DNA of 64,000 nucleotides from Candidatus Sericytochromatia bacterium (GTDB lineage Bacteria; Cyanobacteriota; Sericytochromatia; S15B-MN24; UBA4093): NCBI GenBank assembly GCA_036676985.1, contig JAKFBU010000041.1, positions 148,167 to 212,166 of the forward strand, read 5' to 3'. Shown piece by piece: positions 57,327 to 64,000 of this stretch (position 1 is its first letter; each line of letters starts with the position of its first letter). The notes under the pieces were generated by a model. It saw only the letters and a program-made list of their open reading frames with translations, ran no database searches and was not told where the DNA came from. The position numbers and the translations under genes were made by a program.

Positions 57327-57570
57327 GGTTCCTCCTGCCACATCGTGTGCTTGTTTACCGATCCCGTTCCTACCCCATCGTCGTCAGGTTAAACGCGACC
57401 ACAATCTCGGTAGGGCGGCCATCAGCGGGACGTCATGCCCTGGCATCGTGGCGCCGCCCCCTCGGCGGCCCGCTTGCCTGGTTGATACAGCTATTTATAC
57501 GCGATGCAATGTCACCGGAGGGTGACCGCGCTCACGGTGCGCATGAGAGGCTGGTCGGTAAGCCGAACGT

Positions 57571-57597
57571 AAAAGGGGCGGCCTTGCGGCCGCCCCT
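57571..57597 (-). terminator. Terminator of nuo operon
   Basis: AGGGGCGGCC-gcaa-GGCCGCCCCTTTT on minus strand after nuoN. Confidence 0.85.
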
Positions 57598-57614
57598 CGA
57601 GCAGGATGTCTCGG

Positions 57615-59108
57615 TTAGAAGAGCGTCGAGACCGAGGTCTTCGCCCACGCCATCAAGGGCGCCGCACCGGGCACCAGGCTGAGGAGGTTGCCCGCCCCGA
57701 TGCCTGCCCAGATGACGATCACGGCGCAGATGACGCCCGCGATGCGAGCGGGCTGCAGGCCCGTGGCGCTCGACCAGTCGGACTTCGGCTCCTTCATGTA
57801 CATCACGACCACCAGGCGGAGGTAGTAGTACACCGAGAGGATCGAGTTGATGATGCCGACGACCGCGAGCCAGGCGTACCCCTGCTGGATCACCGAGGTG
57901 AACAGGAAGTACTTCCCGAAGAAACCCGCCGTGGGCGGGATGCCGATCAGGCTCGCCATGCAGAGGGCCAGGACGAAGGCGACCAGCGGGAACTTCTTGG
58001 CGGCCCCCGCGTAGTCGTCGAACTCGACGAGCTTCTCGCCCCGGGTGCTCAGGAACGTGATGCAGGCGAACGCACCCAGGTTGGTCACGGTGTAGGCCAC
58101 CAGGTAGTAGAGGATGGCCGCGGCCGCGGTGCCCTCGGGGGCGCTCGTGAGGGCCACCAGGCCCATCATGAGGTAGCCCGTGTGGGCGATGCTCGAGTAG
58201 GCGAGCATACGCTTCACGTTGGTCTGCACGAAGGCCAGGAGGTTCCCCGTGAACATGGTGACGACGGCGAGACCCGCGATCACCTCGACCCAGTGGTCCT
58301 TGACGGGCAGGAAGCCCACGGCCAGGACGCGCAGGAAGAAGGCGAAGCTCGCGGCCTTGACGGCCGTGGCCATGTAGCCCGTGATCGGGGCGGGAGCGCC
58401 CTCGTACACGTCCGGGGTCCAGGCATGGAAGGGGGCGGCCGCCACCTTGAAGCCCATGCCCACGATCAAGAGCGCCAGGCCCACCACCAGGAGGGGCAGC
58501 TTGCCCTCGCCGGGGTTGGCGAGGAAGTCGCGGATGACCTCCAGCTGGACCGAGCCCGTGGTGCCGTAGATGAGCGCGATGCCGTAGAGCAGGATGCCCG
58601 ACGAGAAGGCGCCCAGGATGTAGTACTTGATGGCCGACTCGTTGCCCTTGAGGTCCGTGCGGCGGGCGCCGACCAGGACGTAGACGGCGATGGACATGAC
58701 CTCGACGCCCAGGAAGAGCGCGATGAGGCTCGTGGCCGACGCGAGCGTCAGCATGCCCGTCAAGGAGAACATCAGGAGGCTGTAGACCTCGCCGTGACCC
58801 ATCTGCTCACGCGGCAGGTAGTTCCACGCCGCCACGATCGTGAGGGCCGCCGCGGCCAACAGCAGGATCGTGAAGAAGTAGGAGTAGGAGTCGACGGTCA
58901 GCGCCCCCTCGAAGAGGACGTGCTTGACCGCACCCTTGTGCAGCGTCCAGTCGATGATGGGCCCCATGGCGGCGAACGCCAGGGCGGTCAGCGAGACCCC
59001 GGCGAAGACCGCCGGAACCTCCTTCGGCATGAACACCTCCAGCATCATGAGGAGGAGTCCCGTGAAGGTGACGATGAGGATGGGGAGTAACGGAAGCCAC
59101 TCAGACAT
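57615..59108 (-). CDS. nuoN: NADH-quinone oxidoreductase subunit N
   Basis: ESAIKYYILG, FKVAAAPFHAWTPDVYEGAP, KRMLAYSSIAH. Confidence 0.96.
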   Translation of the reverse strand: MSEWLPLLPILIVTFTGLLLMMLEVFMPKEVPAVFAGVSLTALAFAAMGPIIDWTLHKGAVKHVLFEGALTVDSYSYFFTILLLAAAALTIVAAWNYLPREQMGHGEVYSLLMFSLTGMLTLASATSLIALFLGVEVMSIAVYVLVGARRTDLKGNESAIKYYILGAFSSGILLYGIALIYGTTGSVQLEVIRDFLANPGEGKLPLLVVGLALLIVGMGFKVAAAPFHAWTPDVYEGAPAPITGYMATAVKAASFAFFLRVLAVGFLPVKDHWVEVIAGLAVVTMFTGNLLAFVQTNVKRMLAYSSIAHTGYLMMGLVALTSAPEGTAAAAILYYLVAYTVTNLGAFACITFLSTRGEKLVEFDDYAGAAKKFPLVAFVLALCMASLIGIPPTAGFFGKYFLFTSVIQQGYAWLAVVGIINSILSVYYYLRLVVVMYMKEPKSDWSSATGLQPARIAGVICAVIVIWAGIGAGNLLSLVPGAAPLMAWAKTSVSTLF

Positions 59109-59117
59109 GTTCGTTCC

Positions 59118-60671
59118 TTAGAAACCGATCCCGCCGTGGGCAGGCGCTTCGGCCTGGACGGCGGTCACCGGCATGCCGGCGCTTGACTGCAGCGTACGGA
59201 GGGTGGATTGGACCGAGGGGTCGATCTGGTTGAGGACCGGCTGGGGGGCGAAGCCCGTCCAGACGATGACCAGGGCGATGGGCACGATGATGATCGCCTC
59301 GCGCAGCGACAGGTCGGGAAGACCGCCGCCCTTGGCCGGCTTGACCTCGCCCTGGTACTCGCCGAAGAAGGTGCGCGACACCATCCACAACATGTAGCAG
59401 GCGCCCCAGATGACCGAGGTCGTCGCGATGACGCCGAGCACGTTGTGGCTCGCGTACGAGCCGAGCAGGATGAGGAACTCGCCGACGAAGCCGTTCAGGC
59501 CGGGCAGGCCGATGGACGCCATCGTGAGCACCAGGAAGAGCGTCGTCAGCCAGGGCATGGCCTTGGCGATGCCGCCGAAGTCCGCGATGACGGTTCCCTT
59601 GCGCTCGTTGAGCATGCCGACCATGAGGAACAGGCCGCCGGTCGACAGCGCGTGCGCCATGAACATGAACACGGTGCCCGTCCAGGCCTGGGGATCCAGG
59701 CTGAAGACGCCGAGCATGATGACGGCCATGTGCGAGATGGAGCTGTAGGCCAAGAGGCGCTTGATGTCCGTCTGGGCGAGCGCCATCCACGCGGCGTAGA
59801 TGATGCCCACGGCCGCCAGGCCCATCAGGTAGGGCTGAGCTTCCTTCGCGGCCACCGGGAAGAGGGGCAGCGCGAAGCGGATGAAGCCGTAGGCACCGAT
59901 CTTGCCCATCACTCCGCTCACCAGGAAGGTGATCGGGCTGGGAGCCTGCACGTAGGTGTCGGGCGCCCAGGTGTGGAAGGGCGGCAGACCCGCCTTGATG
60001 GCGAACGCGAGCACGAAGGCGAGGAACGCCCACCACATGGGCGCGCCCGATAGCGGGGTGGCCAAGAGATCCGCCAGCTGGAAGCTCCAGCTGCCCGCCT
60101 TGGCGTGGTGCTGGATGGCCAGGTAGAGGATCGCGACGAACATGAACAGGGAGCCGACGATGGTGTAGACGACGAACTTGACCGTCGCCTTGATCCGCTC
60201 GGGGCCGCCGTAGTTACCGATGAGGAAGAACGCCGGCACGAGCATCAGTTCGAAGAAGACGTAGAAGAGGAAGAGGTCCAACGAGACCATCGCCCCGATC
60301 ATCGCGCCCGAGAAGATCAGCAAGAGCGCGAAGTAGTTCTTGGCGCGCTCATTGATGAGCTTCCAGGAGGCGAGAACCGCGAACGGGGTCATGAGGGCCG
60401 TGAGCAGCACCAGCACGAGGCTGATGCCGTCCACGCCCAGGTGGTAGTGGATGCCGATGTCGACCAGCCAGGGCCGGTTGACCTCGAAGTTGTAGCCCGG
60501 CCGGTGCGCATCGAACGTGCCCAGGGCCGCCAGGGCGAAGACCACGTTGATGAGCGAGGCCACGAGCGAGTAGGTCTTGATCCCGTTGGCGTCGCGGATC
60601 GGCGCGAGCCACAGGCCCAGAGCCGCCAGCATCGGCAGGAAGATCAGGATCGAGAGTACGTTTTGATCCAT
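59118..60671 (-). CDS. nuoM: NADH-quinone oxidoreductase subunit M
   Basis: LGVDGIS, FYVFFE, DIKRLLAYSSISH, GLPGLNGFVGEF. Confidence 0.96.
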   Translation of the reverse strand: MDQNVLSILIFLPMLAALGLWLAPIRDANGIKTYSLVASLINVVFALAALGTFDAHRPGYNFEVNRPWLVDIGIHYHLGVDGISLVLVLLTALMTPFAVLASWKLINERAKNYFALLLIFSGAMIGAMVSLDLFLFYVFFELMLVPAFFLIGNYGGPERIKATVKFVVYTIVGSLFMFVAILYLAIQHHAKAGSWSFQLADLLATPLSGAPMWWAFLAFVLAFAIKAGLPPFHTWAPDTYVQAPSPITFLVSGVMGKIGAYGFIRFALPLFPVAAKEAQPYLMGLAAVGIIYAAWMALAQTDIKRLLAYSSISHMAVIMLGVFSLDPQAWTGTVFMFMAHALSTGGLFLMVGMLNERKGTVIADFGGIAKAMPWLTTLFLVLTMASIGLPGLNGFVGEFLILLGSYASHNVLGVIATTSVIWGACYMLWMVSRTFFGEYQGEVKPAKGGGLPDLSLREAIIIVPIALVIVWTGFAPQPVLNQIDPSVQSTLRTLQSSAGMPVTAVQAEAPAHGGIGF

Positions 60672-60701
60672 GGTGCAATCCTTGTAGATAAGCCGCAGGC
60701 G

Positions 60702-62693
60702 CTAGTGCAGCGAGGACAGGCGGAGGAGGTAGTAGACGGAGATCACCGCCACCCCCACCAGGATCCAGAGGGCGTAGTTGCGGACCAGACCGGTTTGAGC
60801 CGTCCGCACCGCACCCGAGATGCCGGCGTAGACCTTGGGCGTGCCCTCGACCACGCCCTCGATGACGCTCTCCTCGGCACCCTTCTTGAGGAAGGTGTTC
60901 GAGAAGGCCACCAGGGGCTTGACCAGGAGGCTGTCGAAGGCCTCGTCGATGAAGTACTTGTTCCAGAGCATGTCCCACCACGCGGCGCGCGTGGGCTCGC
61001 TGGCGGGCGTCGCCTTGCCGTAGCGGACGTAGGCGAGGCCGATGCCGAGGGCCGCCACCACGACCGACAGGATCATGAGGGGCAGCTCGAGGCTGGCCAC
61101 GGGGCCGTGGGCCGCCGCATGGTGGCCGACCACCGGAGCGAGCCAGTCGGCGAACAGGTTGGGACCCCAGATGTGGGGCAGGCCGAGGAAGCCGACCACC
61201 ACGCTGCCGACGCCGAGGACGACGAGCGGCAACGCCATGACCCAGGGGCTCTCGTGGGCGTGCTCGACGCGGTGCTTGTCACGCGGCGTGCCGAAGAAGG
61301 TCAGGAACAGCATCCGCCACATGTAGTAGGCGGTGATCCCGGCCGTCAGCAACAGCACGCCGTAGAGGACGTAGTGGCCGTTCGAGAAGGCCTGCCAGAG
61401 GATCTCGTCCTTCGAGAAGAAGCCCGCGAAGGGGGGGATGCCCGCGATGGCGAGGCACGCCACCAGCATGGTCATGAACGTGATGGGCATCTTGGCCTTG
61501 AGGCCGCCCATCTTCCAGATGTTCTGCTCCTCGTGCATGGCGTGGATGACCGAGCCCGCGCCGAGGAACAACAGCGCCTTGAAGAAGGCGTGCGTGAACA
61601 CGTGGAACATGCCGGCCGAGTACGCGCCGATGCCGACGCCGACGAACATGTAGCCGAGCTGCGAGACCGTCGAGTAGGCGAGGACGCGCTTGATGTCCGT
61701 CTGCGTGATGGCGATGGTCGCGGCGAAGAGCGCCGTGAGCGCGCCGATCGAGGCGACGACCATCTGGGCCAGCGGGCTCAGGCTGAAGATGAAGTTGGTG
61801 CGGGCGACCATGTAGATGCCCGCCGTGACCATCGTCGCCGCGTGGATGAGGGCCGAGACCGGGGTCGGGCCCGCCATCGCGTCCGCGAGCCACACGTGCA
61901 GGGGCACCTGGGCGCTCTTGCCCATGGCGCCGATGAACAGCAGCAGGGCGGCGGTGGTGGCGACCGTCGTCGTGAGCGCCGCGTCCTTGGGCAGGCCGTC
62001 GAAGAAGGCCTTGAGCTGGATGAAGTCCAGCGTCGCGCCGCCGTGGTTCAGCGTGTAGACGAACAGGAAGAAGATGCCGATCAGGAAGCCGAAGTCGCCG
62101 ACGCGGTTGACGATGAAGGCCTTGTTGCCGGCGTTGGCCTTGTAGATGTCCGTGAACCAGAAGCCGATGAGCAGGTACGAGCAGACGCCCACGCCTTCCC
62201 AGCCCACGAACATCATGGGCAGGTTCTGGCCGAGCACCAGCACCAGCATCGAGAAGGTGAACAGGTTCAGGTACGTGAAGTACCGGCTGAAGCCGCGGTC
62301 GTGGCTCATGTAGCCCACCGAGTAGAGGTGGATCAAGGAGCCGATGAAGGTGACCGTCAGGATCATCACGCTCGACAGCGGGTCGAGCATGAAGTCCATG
62401 CCCACGTTCAGGTGGCCGGCCTGGATCCAGGTCGCCACGTGCTGGGTCATCAGGCGGCCTTCCTCGGGCAGGGCCCGCAGCTGGAAGAACAGCGTGATGG
62501 CCACCAGGCACGAGAGGATCGGGGCGCCGACGGCGACGGCCGAGACCAGGGCCTTGGGCGCGCCGTGCTCATGCTTGGCGTAGAGGAGGCTCAGAAGACC
62601 GTTGAAGATGGCGCCCAACAGGGGGAAGAGCGGCACCCAGAGCAACAGGTTGCTGGTAGTGGCGGCGAGTTGGGTGGTGGTATGTGCTTCCAT
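60702..62693 (-). CDS. nuoL: NADH-quinone oxidoreductase subunit L
   Basis: GWEGVG, GKSAQVPLHVWLADAMAGPTPVSALIHAATMV, HAFFKALLF. Confidence 0.97.
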   Translation of the reverse strand: MEAHTTTQLAATTSNLLLWVPLFPLLGAIFNGLLSLLYAKHEHGAPKALVSAVAVGAPILSCLVAITLFFQLRALPEEGRLMTQHVATWIQAGHLNVGMDFMLDPLSSVMILTVTFIGSLIHLYSVGYMSHDRGFSRYFTYLNLFTFSMLVLVLGQNLPMMFVGWEGVGVCSYLLIGFWFTDIYKANAGNKAFIVNRVGDFGFLIGIFFLFVYTLNHGGATLDFIQLKAFFDGLPKDAALTTTVATTAALLLFIGAMGKSAQVPLHVWLADAMAGPTPVSALIHAATMVTAGIYMVARTNFIFSLSPLAQMVVASIGALTALFAATIAITQTDIKRVLAYSTVSQLGYMFVGVGIGAYSAGMFHVFTHAFFKALLFLGAGSVIHAMHEEQNIWKMGGLKAKMPITFMTMLVACLAIAGIPPFAGFFSKDEILWQAFSNGHYVLYGVLLLTAGITAYYMWRMLFLTFFGTPRDKHRVEHAHESPWVMALPLVVLGVGSVVVGFLGLPHIWGPNLFADWLAPVVGHHAAAHGPVASLELPLMILSVVVAALGIGLAYVRYGKATPASEPTRAAWWDMLWNKYFIDEAFDSLLVKPLVAFSNTFLKKGAEESVIEGVVEGTPKVYAGISGAVRTAQTGLVRNYALWILVGVAVISVYYLLRLSSLH

Positions 62694-62702
62694 TTGGGTC
62701 CC

Positions 62703-63005
62703 CTACCGCTTCATCAAGCTGAAGTCGTCGGTGTTGAGCGACTCCTTGTTCTTGAAGAGCAGAATCACGATCGCAAGACCGATGGCGGCTTCGGCAGCGG
62801 CGACGGCCATGACGAGGAAGACGAAGACGTGGCCGTCGAGCTGGTTGAGGAAGCGAGCGAACGCCACGAACGAGAGGTTCACGGCGTTGAGCATCAGCTC
62901 GACCGACATGAAGACGATGAAGAGGTTCTTGCGACCGACCACCCCGGCCACGCCGATGGCGAACAGCAGGGCGCTGGCGATCAGGAAGTGTTGCAACGAA
63001 ATCAT
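62703..63005 (-). CDS. nuoK: NADH-quinone oxidoreductase subunit K
   Basis: [23 protein letters not shown]. Confidence 0.96.
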   Translation of the reverse strand: MISLQHFLIASALLFAIGVAGVVGRKNLFIVFMSVELMLNAVNLSFVAFARFLNQLDGHVFVFLVMAVAAAEAAIGLAIVILLFKNKESLNTDDFSLMKR

Positions 63006-63014
63006 GGCTTCTCC

Positions 63015-63518
63015 CTAGATGCGGCGCTTGGCCAGGAGCACGACGCCCACCAGCGCGACGGTCAGCAGGACCGACACCAGCTCGAAGACGAAGACGTGGT
63101 GCTGGTAGAGGTACATGCCGACCTGCTCGATGGACCCGTAGCCGGGATCGGGCAGGGCGGGGAAGGCGCCCGCGGGCAGTCGGTTGATGGCCGCGATGAC
63201 CACCCCCACCACCGGCACCAGGGCGACCAGGGCGATGCCGACCTGCGGGACCAGCTCCTCCTGATAGTTCAGGTCCGCTTCCCGCACGTTGAGCAGCATG
63301 ATCACGAACACGATGAGCGCCACGATGGCGCCCGCGTACACCAGGATCTGGAGGATCGCGATGAGCTGCGCGGTGAGAAGGGCATAGAGCCCGGACAGCG
63401 CGAGGAAGGACACGACGAGCGAGAGGGCGGCCGAGAGGGGGTGGCGGCGGGTGATACAAACCAGACCGCCACCGATCATCACGGCGACCAGCAGGTAGAA
63501 GAGTACGGTGGTGAGCAT
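63015..63518 (-). CDS. nuoJ: NADH-quinone oxidoreductase subunit J
   Basis: QILVYAGAI..LIVFVIMLL, FELVSVLL. Confidence 0.95.
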   Translation of the reverse strand: MLTTVLFYLLVAVMIGGGLVCITRRHPLSAALSLVVSFLALSGLYALLTAQLIAILQILVYAGAIVALIVFVIMLLNVREADLNYQEELVPQVGIALVALVPVVGVVIAAINRLPAGAFPALPDPGYGSIEQVGMYLYQHHVFVFELVSVLLTVALVGVVLLAKRRI

Positions 63519-63540
63519 GATGGGCTGGGGCTCCTAAGTG

Positions 63541-64000
63541 TTATTCCGGCATGCCTTGCGGCTTGACGGCCATGAGCTCTTCCTTGGTGATGACGAAGGA
63601 CTTGCGGTTGAAGTCCGTGATCGAGTAGATGCCCGAGTCCATGCGGATGGCGTCCACCGGGCAGGCTTCCACGCACATGCCGCAGAAGACGCACTCCAGC
63701 AGGTCGATGTCGAAGCGGGCGGGCCGCTTCTCGATCGTGGGATCGGGCGATTCCTCGGCGACGATGTGGATGCACTCGGCGGGGCACGCCGTGGCGCACA
63801 TGTAGCAGGCCACGCAGCGAACGTTACCGTCCTCGCGCTTGGTCAGGCGGTGCTTGCCGCGGTACCCGGCCGGGAATTGCTTCTGCTTCTCCGGGTACTC
63901 GACGATGGGCATCTGCCGGGGGCGGATCAGGTTGGAGATCAGGTGCTTGAGCGTGATCCCCATGCCCTTGACGATCGCGACCAGGTAGATTTCTTCCTTG
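63541..64000 (-). CDS. nuoI: NADH-quinone oxidoreductase subunit I (5' end outside window)
   Basis: CVACYMCATACP and CVFCGMCVEACPVDAI ferredoxin motifs; frame is open to the window edge. Confidence 0.95.
   Translation of the reverse strand, partial: KEEIYLVAIVKGMGITLKHLISNLIRPRQMPIVEYPEKQKQFPAGYRGKHRLTKREDGNVRCVACYMCATACPAECIHIVAEESPDPTIEKRPARFDIDLLECVFCGMCVEACPVDAIRMDSGIYSITDFNRKSFVITKEELMAVKPQGMPE

Overview
High-GC bacterial chromosome segment. It is mostly housekeeping: partial recQ, rnd, prfC, ansA-serC, two tandem FKBPs, a DEAD-box helicase, an rlmI-like methyltransferase, moaA, ogt, lipB, a 2-oxoacid dehydrogenase E1a/E1b/E2 operon with lipA, and nuoI-N. A ~13.2-kb integrated element (15277-28442) sits in the 3' end of the rlmI-like gene, bounded by a 22-bp direct repeat. 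It encodes a tyrosine integrase with phased arm-type repeats, an excisionase, a primase, a DUF3987-like protein, an ori-like repeat array, RusA and a serine recombinase, but no recognisable capsid or conjugation genes. Its cargo is unusual: two small peptide genes absent from the ORF track that end in a shared FGAK-x motif and precede an HTH/glycine-zipper gene, two perfect 34-35-bp palindromes, and an interrupted HTH/coiled-coil gene with iteron-like repeats. Outside the island are a PLP alpha-oxoamine-synthase/GNAT-like fusion divergent from a membrane sensor kinase around a perfect CRP box, a pseudokinase/L,D-transpeptidase fusion, several signal-peptide-less effector-like proteins, two EF-hand-like genes sharing an upstream motif, and a REPIN/MITE-like element. 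All family calls come from motif reading by eye, with no database searches. Some traits (4-Cys-prefixed kinase, REP style) recall cyanobacteria-related lineages, but taxonomy cannot be established here.
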